Assembly (NCBI RefSeq): GCF_052425735.1
Contig: NC_135761.1
Span: 34,038,001-34,102,000, forward strand
From: Oculina patagonica
Lineage: Eukaryota
Direction of reading: 5' to 3'
Length of the DNA: 64,000 bases
Shown: positions 47,261 to 60,691 of the stretch, one piece after another
Numbering within the stretch: the first letter of the stretch is position 1
How the letters are laid out: the number at the start of each line of letters is the position of its first letter
Made by a program: the position numbers and the translations under genes
The notes under the pieces: generated by a model
The model's input: the letters and a program-made list of their open reading frames with translations, nothing else
What the model was told of the DNA's origin: nothing
Database searches by the model: none

Positions 47261-50200
47261 TTGTGTAGTTCATCAATTCCCACTATTTTCTTTAGAATCG
47301 CTTTACCCAAATCTGTTATTTTGACATGACCTTTGCTTAAGAAAACAACGTTTCATAGGATGTTGAATTCTTTTTCCTAAGCTAGGTGTTTTGTTTATAA
47401 AATTGATAAAGAAAGAGATATATTGTCTCATCTTGTAAGGAATCCAAAAGGACAATTATGTTTAGTACTTAATTAAAACAACCGTGAGGGACGGAATGGG
47501 AATAAGCTGAGATCTGCAAATGTGGTTAAGGACCTACAAACTTGCACATATATTTTGCAAACCATTTGGGACCATGTTGTTGGACTCTACGTGCGGTGTT
47601 CCTAAATAAATAGTACGAATTTTCTTAATTTTTAAATGGATTTACAATACCTTTTTTTCTGTTGCGTTGAATAAAAGACAAGCCAACACGGAAGGTCATC
47701 AAACGTATGATTTTAGAATACAAAATACAAGAAATAACATTGGCACAAGCTTACAACATAAAGAACACAAACAACTTTTAAAAAACTGATAACAAGAGAC
47801 TACCTTTCAACCCATTGCTCATATTACTCATTAGCCTCAAAGATCCACAAAGTACATGCCAACTACCGTAAATCAACATTCCTTTGTGTTACTAATATAG
47901 CTACTATTGTTAATAAGAAACAAACTTACTGTGAGATCCTGCTCCCAGCTGCAGGCTGGCAAGCCACCTGATAGGTGCCTCTTGCCGATATATTTGATCC
48001 ATTACTTTTTTAGGAAAGATAAACTTGTTTTTCCGCTTTTAGTTTTGTTGAAAACTTTGCCCCCCTCTTTATCTCCTGCAATAATTGAAATTAACATTCA
48101 GAAATTACTGTTTTTACTGACTTTTTACCCATGTCAAAGCCCTCAATAGCGATTTATAAACTAGTGACTAGGAAGTTCCATTCTGCATCACTTCTGATCA
48201 CATATTTTTTAAAGATGGAACAATTTGTTTTCGACTGACACAGCAAAACGTGGCTCATGAAAACTTCACTTTGCAAATACGATTTCGCTGCTGATAAAGT
48301 GTAAAAAACTGGGTTACCAACAGAATAGAGAAAATTATAGCAGTTGTCAATTGTGTGTAATGTTGTATCATATGGTGGCTCCTGCATTGAGATATGTGTA
48401 GTGAAAAAATGTATTGTTGCAGCCCTATTCCTGAGAGCTCGAGGAAAGTGGAGATTCAGGAGCAAAAGAAGGATCAGGAGAGGGAGGTACTACTTGAGAC
48501 TTTTGGAGAGGCACATTGGCTTCAGAAGATTGCTTACTTGAAGCTGGCTACTGCCTGGCCTTTCCACAGCGTCAAGCAGCAACCGTCCCCTTACTCTACG
48601 CGAACTGGCTACTGATCTGGCCTTTTTTTTAGAAAAGTCTTCGTCTGAATAAGAGATCCTTTTTGGCATCTTCATCGTCACTGTCAGGGGGTACATTTAC
48701 TAATTTGTTGTCAACAGGTTTAATTGTATTTCTTTTTTTCTGGATGTCATTCCATATCTCTTTTTTCCTAAAAAGAAAAGAGCAAAACATCCATCAATAC
48801 ATACCAAAAAACATGCATAGACATGCATATATGTTACCCATACTGTCCACATTAAATCAAACAAAGACAACAACATTATTGAGCTTTGTTAAAGGAAAAG
48901 ACCCTGGTTGTTATGGATGACTTCTGACTATCATATCTTGGGCTCCATGACTATCCTTGGTTTAGTTTTAGACCATGTTTGTTCTATACCAATATTGGGG
49001 TTGCCTCCATTCTCCATAGTCATGACATATTTGGTATGTCATGTGACCAGAAAAACTCACACCGATAACAATTATTATTCTTTGTTTAAATTAACACCAC
49101 AAATAAAGAATGTCTCCTATTTTTCTGCTTGTGAAAACTGGTTGTAGGCGCATGCTAATTTTGCTGCCCAGGGATTGAAGTTGTTATCTTGTGTTGTCAG
49201 CCGATATCTGGTCTTTGAACATCCTGCTAGAACAAAAATAATCTTTCTTTGATTCTTGTTCCCTGTAAGGCTGAATAGCTGTGTTAGGCTTCGGGTAGAT
49301 TAGACCCTGTTTTCCTTTTTGTAGGGTCAGGATTTATAAGAACTCGATTTCTGCCAATGCCACCAAATTCATTAGTAGTTTGCTTGGTAAGGGGAATTGC
49401 GGTTTCGTGAAATGAGTCCTTTGCTGAGATTTTCCGCCAAACTTTTGTATCCAGATCCACGATCTTTTTGTTTATCATTTACTGAAGAAACAAGCTTTTT
49501 ATTTGTATTTTCAAGCTGGCACAAAACACACAAATTGCAGTTAACAGAAAGCCCGTGCGATGCATATATTTCACCTCAAAACAGCCCATTTGTACGTGAA
49601 AAATCAGTCAGGCATTCCTTGCTCGTACCAACAACATCTATTAGGCGTGCCTTGCCACTTTCGCACAATTTTTATAATTAAACTCTTTAAACGAGCTAAA
49701 AAAGACTGAAGTAAATTAAGCAAAGTACAATTCTTACGGTTATAGTTAGACATTTGGAACGTATTTACATTAGTTTTTGGTGACGACATGGCTTTTTATA
49801 AGCCTGCTGTATGGACCCGCCGACCGCCGCTTAAACTTATGATGCTTATGATTAGGATCCAGATAAAATCTCAATGGAATGTTAATCGACAAGGTAAAAG
49901 GAACTTATTCCGAAAATTTTACACTTGTATCACTAATTTGAACAATTCCGCTATTTTTTTCTCTAATCTTCTGAATTATGGGTGTTGCTCTTAAACTTCA
50001 AAGGCCATTTACTGAGGTCTGTTCTAGGAGTGCTTTTCCTTGTGGATCACTGTCAACTTAAACTGATGTGGTTGGCTCATGGCCAAAAAGATTTGGAATG
50101 ATACAAACCTTAATCCATCTCTTCATGTCATGCACAAACATAATAAGTGTGCCATCAATGGATGGAGTGTAACTCATGCCAATCTCTCTGATAAGCTCGA

Positions 50201-52679
50201 GAAGGGTCCTTGGTCTTGATCAGCTTCCTAGGAATAATAATAATAATAGTAATTAATAATTATATTAATTTTTAAGTTTTAAGCCATAATTTTAGTTATA
50301 ACATGTAAATCGTGTTTAATAGTTTAAAACAGCTTCTAATATAAATAGTTTTTTTTTAATTCTGTAATAGTTATACATGGTTTTCATGCATTAACATGGG
50401 GGCCAGAAAGACATTCATCTTCCTTTGCATAACAGCAACTGCATCTCTTGTTTTCCATTTTTTTTCTCGTAGTTCCTAAAAAGGTATGAACATTTAAAGG
50501 AAATACCTTTTTTTAAAGTTTATACCTGGCTGGGGCACTGAGAGTGCTTGTTGAATAAATAACTGTGGTCACTTGAATAGAAAAATATTCCTATTATCTA
50601 AAATACACACAAATTAACAATTAGATATGGAAGGTTGAAAATGGATTCCAGTAGCTTGACCGTTAAACATTCGTATCTCCAAAAAAGAAGACTTTCTCCC
50701 ATTCTCTCATTCATTTAGTCTTGGTGGTGAGCTCAATATTACTGTCTGCATCTTCCTTTACATCCTTTTGTTCATTCTCATTGGAATCTTTGGTGCTAGC
50801 TGGCACTGGGCTTCTTCATATATATGAATGTTGATCCCGTCAGCCTCAATGGTGATACTGCAATTAATGCATGAAGTCAAGTGACCCAAAAGAGTTTTGC
50901 ACTCCACTGAATAAATCAAATGTATCAGCTTTCACAAGAAAAATAGAATAAATGGAGGAATTCATTAATATTTAGTCCTCAGGAGCTTGATGAACAGCAA
51001 CAACATTTGGTGAACAGCTCCAAACATTGGATTGATCGATACTGGAAGCCGCTTCTTTTGAAACCCTCATGTGAAACTACAGAAAGTACCATAAGACCAT
51101 ATTTATCAACTTATTTGGACTTTATTTAGGACATCACACTTGGACATGTTGTCTCTTAGTTGTTCTAGGACATCGACCCCCCCCCCCCAAAAAAAAAAAA
51201 AATAAGGCAGTTTATCATTATTCCCTGTTAGCTTCGCGATGATTCTTTGCTCAAATTGTTGAATATATCTTGGTTTCAAGCTCTCCAATGTTTACTTTAG
51301 GGCTGTTCCTTTGTCCAAAAAAACCTCTTCCTTCCGCTACAATAAATATTCTCCTATTACCCGATTGGAAAATTTACCCACACTTGTCTTGGTCCTGTGA
51401 ACCATTCCTTTACCCCTGAAGTAAGGCAACAGTCCCCCTCCACGGTATACAAAAAGTTATTCTGCCCCCCCCCCCCAAAAAAAAGTTTTTCTCTCTAATT
51501 CTAAACAAGAAAGAAACCCAAGGAAACTCTAGAAGTTTTGTCCACACCCTCTCATTTGTTTATAAAAATAATTATTTTGGTTTGTTCAGGGACGGGGGTG
51601 GGGGTTCTGGGGCCACTGTGTCTTGTATGCCTACTATTTTATTTTCGTTCTTCTGTTTTAGATTTAAAAATGAATTTTAATTCTAACAAATAATGCAATA
51701 TGAATAGTGAAACATTGCATTCTCTCTTTTTGCCATTTAAATACAACCATTCCTCATGGTGAATGTCAAAATAGAACCATATGTCGCTTGTAGAGCTGAG
51801 GTTAGCGTTGACGAAATCCATTTGTCGGGCTCGCTTTTGTGGGGCCCAGTTTTGTGAATATAAAATCCATTCTGAAACACACACGATGAGCAGCCATTAC
51901 CAATAAAAAATAATAAAAGTTTGAATGTGTCGCAGTCTCTTATGGGTTTTTCCAGAAAAGCGCTTGAATGTCCTTTGGCCAGAAGTAGAGAGGATAAAAT
52001 AAGTTGTCATTTCCAAATGCTGGTTGGAAATTTGCTGTCTGTCGTCCACTGTCGAGAGGTCGGATGTGAGAAGAATAGAATAGTAAAGTGGATTTTAATG
52101 TAGACTCTGTAGTGCCCATGTTAAGGAAAGAGTTGTATGTAGTATAAGAATAAGAGTAGAAGAAGCGTAATGAATTTTGGGTTATGTAAAACCTTAAGAT
52201 CTACTTGGGTAAAAATATAAGATAAGGAATTAAGGATTTATCAATTGATTTTGGCTATGGTATAAGAGGAATTAAAAAGTTTTTAGGGTCGAGAGCTAGG
52301 GGTATTATTCTGTTATTCTGGGCAAGATGCAGTTGGCGGAAAGGTAGAAGTCTTTTAATTTCTGCATTCGCTTCAAAAGCGTTTTAAAGTATGTTTATCA
52401 TATATGGTTGTAGTCAGATTCAAATAAGAGACAAATGAAAACAATTAGCTATGATTTAACAGCGCTAAGATGATTGTGCAGAAGACAGGCTAGATTAAAA
52501 TACCCTAATCAATTGCTTAGCGAGACTTGACCTAAAATTTAATTGTCAAAGTTTACCCCTTGCCCTAAACAAATAATTTATTCCCTAAGCATTACATATT
52601 GATATGTCAGTTAAATACCAAAAAATACCAACACCCCCTATAAAATGACTGACCTAAAGAATAATATATGCAAGTGATC

Positions 52680-54125
52680 CGCATGATCAACATCCCCATG
52701 GCCATGTTGTACAAATCAATTACAGCAGGTTTTGGGATTTCCCGATCAGTCCTCATACGGCACCGCAGCTACATCATCTACTAAGAGGCTAACAATAGTG
52801 GCCATAACAATTCGTTTTTCCTGACGGGCTACTCCCCCCCCCCTCACGATTACACCTAACAGTCCAGCGTGCATAAAAATCATTAGTTTCGAAATACTCT
52901 ATCAACCTAGTGGTTGTGAAAAAATAATCAAAAAATGATGATGATTTCTGTTCAGGAAAGGTCTAATCAACTTAGTTATAACATCATAACCTAATCCGTA
53001 AATATGCAAACAGCCATCAAGTTCTTTACCTAGATAAACATTAATAATCAAAACATAGCTGTTACTAGAATCGGACGCCATCCAAACTTTAATGCCGTAC
53101 TTATTAGTCTTAGCAGGCATGTATTGTCTAAAAGGTACCCTTTTCCCATTACCGATCAACCCTCATCAATGGAAAGATTCTAAGTAGGCTTAAAATTATT
53201 TTGACATTTCCCTAAATCAGAGTTAAGAATTGGCCTAATCTTGTAAAGGCTATCAAAACATGGAGTTCGCCAAGCGGGTTCCCTATTAGAATCATTAAAG
53301 TGCAAATAACAACTAATTGTAGACATAACCTTTTTAATTCCCTGATAACCAAAACAATCATCTGAAGACCAGAATAAAGCTAAACTGGGGAACTCATTTA
53401 TACCCATACTGATATTAATTCCTAATAAAGCCTTTATCTCTGTGCACATAATGGGAACAAAATTAGCGAGGCATCGGGAGAATTTGAAAGCGAGCGTAGC
53501 GGTTGATTTCCTAAACAATAAAATCCCATAAATTATCATCTATAAATTCTACAAAATAATCTAAAGGATAAGGATAATCAGGTAAGTTAAAAGTTAACCC
53601 GGTCGGTGCTGTGAAGGCTGGAACTTGGAAGTCACTGAGATGGGCAGTCCATCGAGCTTCTTCTTCGTCGTCCCGCTTGAATGCAGGTGCAGGGCCACCA
53701 GCGTCGTCCTATAACTGTCTCTATCTACATTACTATCTCTATCATTATCACTACATCGACCCTCAAACCCGTGGAAGCTTCATTCATCCACTGAGTCCTC
53801 CAAAACACTGTGATAAAATGTTTGCTCTCTGCATTCTCAGCCATTGTCTCATCGAAATTCAATAGTGCACGTGAACCTTTTTTCAGAAATTCCCAACCTT
53901 GTGGGGCCTGTCATCAGCTGTCCAAAAATTTGCAATAGACGGCAAATGATTGGTTAATTACCCTTGATTGCTTCTATGACAACAAAACAAGAAAATCCCC
54001 TCAGGGGGAGTAGGGAAATGACCTTGACTCCACACGGTTTTTAAAGCCAGTTTCAGCCGGCATGGGAATTTGGGGGGTGGTTTTCATGCGGCCAGTTTTG
54101 GTCAGCACTAGATCCAAGGGGTAAA
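52680..54125 (-). pseudogene. piggyBac (PGBD4-like) transposase remnant, copy 2, with degenerate terminus
   Basis: EIKALLGINISMGINE..LFWSSD, LHFNDS, LYKIRPIL, SIDEG, FRQYMPAK..KYGIKVWMASDS; paralogous to 44660-45560. Segment 54000-54320 recurs at 58091-58380. Confidence 0.9.
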
Positions 54126-54871
54126 TGTGTAAATTAAAATTAATCTTAGCTTGCTGTTCTTCCAGTAGTTTGATAAAGTACATTTTTACAGTGATGCTGA
54201 TATTAATTGGCAGATGCGTTTTTTAACGGGGGACTGTGTGAAGAAGTCAGGTTTCTAAGGTGGTTTTTGAAACTTGTCGTTGAGAGAGTAGATTGTAGGT
54301 TGTAGATGGTAGCTTAAATGGACGGCAAAAGTGTTGCCCCACACCGCTTTCATGTTACCCCCTCTGCCCAAAGCAATGTTGAATTTGCAATTTCCATGTG
54401 AAACGTTTGCTGTACATCCACACAATAGTCCTTCTGTTTCTTTTCTCCATATACACACCCTAGGTGCCCATGGCCATGCACGATCTGCAGGGTTGAAGTT
54501 ACGTAGAAAAATCACCTCATTTAAGGAAAATGCTACCCGAGGTTTGAGGTTTTGTGCAAACAGTATCCTCTTTTAAATGTAGCTGTTAACAGACCCTTTT
54601 GACATACCCTTGCAGTCTTTGCTTGAAGGAAACGTTGGACTGCCCTAAATGTGTATTCGACCGACACCTGCTTGCCGTGTTAGTTGCCTTGCAGTAAATT
54701 GACCTTCCTGTTTCCTTAATTGTGGAAATTCATTTTAGAATATAAAAGCATAATAAATATGTTGCCTAGCCCTTCATCAATGGAAAGTCGATTTCAGTTA
54801 AAAACGCTGGCTTTCGCCATGAAAACAAGTTTAAGTTCAAAGGCATGCACGTGATATAAGAGCGCGACAAC

Positions 54872-56100
54872 CTAAAGTTTTCGAAAATCTGAATTCAGAC
54901 CATGTGGCTGACTGGTGCCCAGCTTGAAAATTAGGCGCATTTCCTGGCGTTTGCGTAGTTTATTTCCACCGCAGAGCATGACCCCTCGGACTTGTGCGTC
55001 TTGCAGGGTGTGTCCGTTTGCATTAAAATGCTCTGCGACCAGAAATCCTGGCAGGTTCTTCTCAATGCTGCGGAGATGTTCACCGAAGCGTTCTCTTAAT
55101 GTCTGGCCTGTTTCGCCAATGTAGACGTCGGAGCAACGGCGGCAAGAAATGGCATATACCAAGCCAGATGACTGACAGGTGAACGCATCCTTGATGTTAA
55201 TTGAGCATTGGAGACCCTGTAGGGCTCTGTCATGAGAAGTGTAATCGCAAGTGCGACAGCGGTTGTGGGTGCAAGGAGAGGTTCCCACGTGAGCGCCAGG
55301 TTGGTTACGGTCGGCGGTGTGCACTAAAGTGTCTCGGACATTGCGATCAGCGGCGGCTGAGGAAAGATTTCTTTGGATCGCCAAATAGAATGCTGAAGTT
55401 GCTCTCGAGGATCTGGTTGATTCTTTCACTTAAAGGGTGGAATGTGAGAACCAAGGGAATTCGACTGAGGTCTCTTCTTTCCGAGTCTTGATGTTTGATG
55501 ACGTCATCACGGAGAGGAGGCACAGAACCCATGTTGAACGAAAAAAGAAATCATTTCCTTGCCTTTCTCCAGAAAATCGGAGTCGTCAGAGCACAGACAC
55601 AAAAGTCTAAGAAGTTGACCACAGGGGAGACCATCCTTGCAGTGCCGAGGATGCGAAGATTGTTTGTGAAGATAGCTGTGCGTGTCTGTGACCTTGTAGC
55701 GGATGGAAGTGCTGATGCGATCATTTGTAATGCAAAGATTAATGTCCAGGAAGGAGATGTCAGAAGCAGAAATTGTGTGCGTACACTGAAGGGCAGGGTG
55801 GAAGTTGGACACAAAGTTGATGTAGTTGTCAAGCTCTGAGCGGCCTCAACAAGCAACTCCAAGTACATCGTCGATGTAGTGCTTGTGGAGTTGGGGTACA
55901 AAGCCAGTGTACTGCCATGCAATTTGTTCCTCGATATAGCCCACAAATAAACATGCATAGTTGGGGCCCATCTTGCTGCCCATGGCGACTCCTCCCGTTT
56001 GTTTGTAAAATTCTCCATTGAAGGTGAAAGCATTGAGGGTCATCACAAGTTTCGGCAAGACGGGTTAAAGTAGATGTAAGTGGGTTGACAACTGTACGAC
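54872..56100 (-). pseudogene. 5'-truncated Penelope-like retroelement (Neptune-type): RT core and GIY-YIG endonuclease, frameshifted
   Basis: NAFTFNGEFYKQTGGVAMGSKMGPNYA, YIDD, FLDI, YLH..SSHP, RIPLVLTFHP, CxxxRCxTC, LVYAISC..C..YIGETG..LRERFGEH, PHGLN. Confidence 0.92.
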
Positions 56101-56152
56101 CATATCTCATATATTAAAATATATCTCATTTCAATCTTTGGAAAACAAAAAT

Positions 56153-59100
56153 ATTTCTCTATGGCCAAAGAGTCAACAGCAGTTTAATACAGCTGAAGTT
56201 CTAATCAGTTGGTGTTTGGCAGTGCTACCATTAATACAACCAGAATGCTTGCATTTGTTGAAAGTGTCTGGTGACAATCAAGTAAGTAAATCACTTCAGC
56301 TTGGCGCATAAAGAAACGAACCTCCTTGATTTAAATTTAGATCTTGACATCTTATGAATAAGTACATCATAAATGTGATAAGGGAGGGGATGCAAATTAA
56401 CCCATTTCACTCACAAAGTTTTAAATCCCAGAAAAGTAAGCCATGAAAAAAGGAAATTAATCTTTAATTTATTTAAAGTAAATATAGTTTTAGTCCTCAA
56501 GTAAGAACTGTGCATTTATGTGAGCACATTCTCCCTGAACCATTGCATCTTACATCGTAAGGTACTTTGCTGGATCCGCTTTTGCCTTTAGACCGTGCTT
56601 ATAATACTTCTCTCTTTCAGACAGTTATGCCACTGTAAGCATAAAGGCACTGTTCGCTTGTGCAACAGAAGTGCCTAAACATTAATCAGTACAGTACATA
56701 AAGTGACCGTGCATTGAGAGTTGTACCATTTGAACATAAACAGTGTGTTGGGAAGAACTGTGCCATTGGAGCTTAAAGACGCTGCATGCCTGTGCTTATT
56801 AAACAAAATTGACTGTTCAAAACGTTTCACAACTCAAGCATTAAGACAATGGTCATTTGTGCTTATTAAGTAAACATGAGTGTGTAAAGGGTTGCAACAT
56901 TTGAGTATACAACCCCGGTTGCTACTGTTTATTAAACAAAAAGATGCCAGGCACCAATATCTTTCAGATGCATTTACTGGGATAAAGTTGTTAACATTTC
57001 CCTGTGAAAGAGACGGATTAACAAAGTGGTGTGTCACCTTCCCTTTCTTCTCTCCCCAAAGAGCTTCAAAAGTGGTGATTTCTGTTTTAAATAACACATC
57101 CTTTGTTGAACTGTCGTGGTCAATGTGAAAGTAAAGGGTAAATTGAATGATTTACTTGTACCCCTAACATTTAAAGTTTGAGTAATTTTCATTGCCGCAC
57201 ACTGGCTTCTCAAGGTGCAGATAAGAACTTAACTCCTCAAGTCTTGTATTGTGTTGCATGTGTTACGTGTTCGAAATCTAGTGAGATATATCATCGATTA
57301 GTTAAGGTACAATAAAATCAGCTACAATATTTAGAAAGAACAATATGTACCCAATGGTTGTCTTTGAGTTTGGCCTAATTGCCTTTAATTTATCAATGTT
57401 ACGTTTTTACACATAGGGTTCTTTAATTCTGAGCCAATTATAAACAGTTATTGGATGAGGTTTTTGTGACATCCAGAATAATCAAGGAAGAGGTAAGTGT
57501 TATCAACCAAAGCCGAAGGCTAAAGGCTGAGGCTGATAACGCTCACTGTCATTCCATAATTTTGGAGCAGCCAAATAAAAAGATCTGTCCCCCAGCGTAG
57601 TTAAAGATATGCGTGTAGCAAAGTTTAAAAGTATTCCATCATTTGACCTTAAATTATATCTACGGCCACTGTTATCCCTAACAGATATAAGTTCGGAAAT
57701 GTAAGGTGGAGTGAGACCATGGATAGCCTCAAATGTTAACAATGAAATCTTAAAGTCAATACGAAACTTAACAGGCAACCAATGGAGTGATGGGTAATGT
57801 GACAGTATTAACTTTGTCTGTTGTGAACTGTTTGCAATTTCTGTAGCTTACATGTCGGTAGCCCATATAATACGCTATTAAAATAGTCAATACGACTAGA
57901 AGTAAAGGCATGCATCAATGTTTCCTTACATTCCTTACTATCCACTCCATCAGCACTTAATAGGGCGTGCCTGTGCAGGGCTGTCACATTAATAGAGGAG
58001 TGTGTTTGGGAGAAGTACAATGTTTGAACCTGGTCTTGATGTTGGCATGAGTAGTTTTCAGAGTAATCGTGGAGACAGTATACTTGATCTCTCAGGGGGA
58101 GTGGAGAAATGACCTTGACTCCACACGGTTTTTACTGCCAGTTTTAGCTGATGGCGTGATTTTTACATGGCCAGTTTTGTCCAGCGATGAAACCAAAGGG
58201 TAATTGTGAAAATTAAAATTAAGCTTAGCTTGTTGTTCTTCCAGTAGGTTTATAGGGTTCATTTTTGTAGTGACGCTGATAGTAATTGTGGACTGTGCAA
58301 AGGAAGTCAGGTTTCTAAGGTGGTTTTTGAAACTTGTAGCAGAGAGAGTAGATTGTAGGTTGTATAAGGGAGCTTAAACCGATGGAACTCTATCACTTGG
58401 CCTTTCGGCCTGATCTCGATGAGCAGCTAGATGACAATCAAACTAAGTGAAGTGATAAAGTTTTAGCAAATCTTTATTTGTCAGTTTGTTGTTTTCGAGT
58501 CTTGTTTCATAATAAATTTTCCGAGTTTAGTGGCTCAGCACTTTGATGATCTTTGAAAAAGGAAAATGTTTCTCTGTAGCGAAAGAGTCAACAGCAGTTT
58601 AATACAGCTGTAGTTCCAATCATTTGGTGTTTGACAGTGGTACCATTAATACAACCAGAATGCTTGCATTTGTTTAAAGGGTCTGGTGGCAATCAATTGA
58701 GCAAATCACTTCAGCTTGACGCACAAGAAAAAAGAACCTTGATTCAAATTAACATCTTGATATCTTATGAATAAGTATATGATAAATGTCATAAGGGAGG
58801 GGATGCAAATTAACCAACTTCACTGATATAGTGAAAAGTAAGCCATGAAATAAATATAATTTTAGCCCTCAAATAAAAGCTGTGCACTTATGTGAGCTCT
58901 TTCTCCCTGAACCATCACATCTATGGTAAGGTACTTTGCTGGATTCGCTTTTGCCTTAAGATCGTGCTTGTAGTATTTCCCTCTTTCAGCTAGTTATTTA
59001 ATACATCAAAAAACATTACTGACCATTGCAGATTGATCAGCAATTATTTTATCTGATTATTCTAACCACTAATTTAAAATTGAATTATATTTACGTAATA

Positions 59101-59720
59101 TGTATAAAAATAAAACAACTCTAAAAATAACAGCCTTACCGTTTCTCTGTGGCCAAAGAGTCAACAGCACTTACCGTAGTTCCAAGCAGTTGGTGTTTGA
59201 GAGTGGTACCATTGATACAACCAGAATGCTTGTAGTTTAGAAAGTGTCTGGTGGCAATCATTGTGAACAAATCACTTCAGCTTGACACACAAGGAAACAA
59301 ACCTTCTTGATTAAAATTAAGATCTCGACATCTTATGAATAAGTATAAATTAACCCATTTCACTCACATAGTTTTAAATCCAAGAAAAGAAAGCCATCAA
59401 AGAAAGCAATTTAATCTTAAATTTATTTAAAGTAAATAAAATTTTACTCCTCAAGTAAAAACTGTGCACTTATGTGAGCACATTCTCCCTGATCCATCAC
59501 ATCTTTGGTAAGGTACTAAACTAGATTCGCTTCGCTTTTAGACCGTGCTTGTAATATTTCTCTCGTTCAGCCAGTTGTTAAAGACATTAAAATACATTAC
59601 TGACGATTGCAGATTGACCAGAAATTATTATATCTGATTATGCTATCTATCAATTTAAATTGCATTACATAATGTTTATAAAAAATAAAACAACTCTAGA
59701 AAAAAAAAAAACAGCCTTTA
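56153..59720. repeat. Triplicated ~480-575-bp unit: 56153-56630, plus a tandem pair 58568-59140 / 59141-59720
   Basis: TTTCTCT(A/G)T..C.AAAGAGTCAACAGCA ... ACAACCAGAATGCTTG ... AAGGTACT is shared by all three copies. Confidence 0.85.
57545..57945 (-). mobile_element. L2-clade LINE ORF2 C-terminal fragment
   Basis: HAFTSSRIDYFNSVLYGLP...KLQ; WLPVKFRIDFKI.LLTF.A.HG..P.YISELI...YNLRS...GDRSF..AAPKLWN. Confidence 0.9.
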
Positions 59721-60244
59721 CCGTCGATCAATATACAAAACATATTTCACTTAGAATTGCTTTCGCCATAACTGCAGTTGTTTTTTGCGTTGGGTGTCAG
59801 TTTTACAACTACAAAGCTTATCTTTTATGCAAACAGACATTGCACATTTTCTAAAACGAAGAAAAAGAAAATTGGAATTTTATAGAATGACATCTGTGCT
59901 ACCCTAATGTCATCTGAGAGCTGTACGCAACAAGGATGGAAACACAGCAACACTGAAAATGTCAAACAGTGACAATATTTATTGAAATGATCTTTGTTAA
60001 AGTACAACAAGGCTTGTTTAACTAACACTTAATATCTAAAAGTTGTACAAATGTCAATACAGTTACAACATTGATAGCAAGGCTTTTTTCACCAACCTTT
60101 AGGATGATAACGTCTGGAAATTCTTTCTTCCAAGGATTGTATAGAAATGTAGATTTGCAGACTACTGGCCCCTCACCTATCTCCTCTTTATATAGTTTAT
60201 ACACCATCTTTCTTCTCTCCCCAGAGAGCTTCAAAAGTGGTGAT

Positions 60245-60600
60245 TTCCGACATCCTCTTCTTTGTTGACTCGTCTGTTTTGCTATAACTTTCACTTCTGT
60301 GACCACTGAAGGACATTATGTGGCGGGCTTCAAACCCAAATTTGTTGAGGATTGTTACGGCCGGAGCTCGAATGGAATGATTTGTGTACTCCTTTGAAAG
60401 CCCTGCTTGCTTTGATATTTGTTTCATCATTTTTCCTAACGAGTGTTCGCCAACTACCATGTTGTCGTACCACACATCTGAATTTGGTGTTAGTTTTGTC
60501 TTTGGGCATTGGAACAGAAACTCGTTTTGTGGGTTTAGATGCTGTAAATACTTCTCAAAAGAAGCAATGGGATCTTTGAGAACAGGATCTTCTAGTGAGT
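60245..60600 (-). pseudogene. Crypton-type tyrosine recombinase (DUF3504-like) C-terminal fragment
   Basis: DPIASFEKYL..LNP...LFQ.P...WYDNMVVG...LGKMMK.IS..AGLS..YTNHSIRA..VT.L...GFEARHIMS.SGHRSES, containing the HxxR and H catalytic motifs. Confidence 0.85.
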
Positions 60601-60647
60601 TACTTGGTTTGATACATCGTTAAAAAAGTATCCCATTCACGTCTATA

Positions 60648-60691
60648 ACGGCCTTATGCGCCTACTGGTGCGACAAGACTTGATGATGATG
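60648..60691 (+). mobile_element. 44-bp 5'-truncated RTE-like LINE tail
   Basis: GCCTTATGCGCCTACTGG...(TGA)n, flanked by a perfect 13-bp TSD ATTCACGTCTATA (60635-47, 60692-704). Confidence 0.8.

Noticed and set aside
48480-48770. Exon-like minus-strand segment (EKEIWNDIQKKR...DSDDEDAKRI)
   Set aside because: Frameshifted, no recognisable domain, cannot be joined into a gene model.
54760-54800. Hammerhead in the Neptune PLE tail (minus TTGATGAAGGGCT)
   Set aside because: The GAAA half of the core and the stem II partner are missing.
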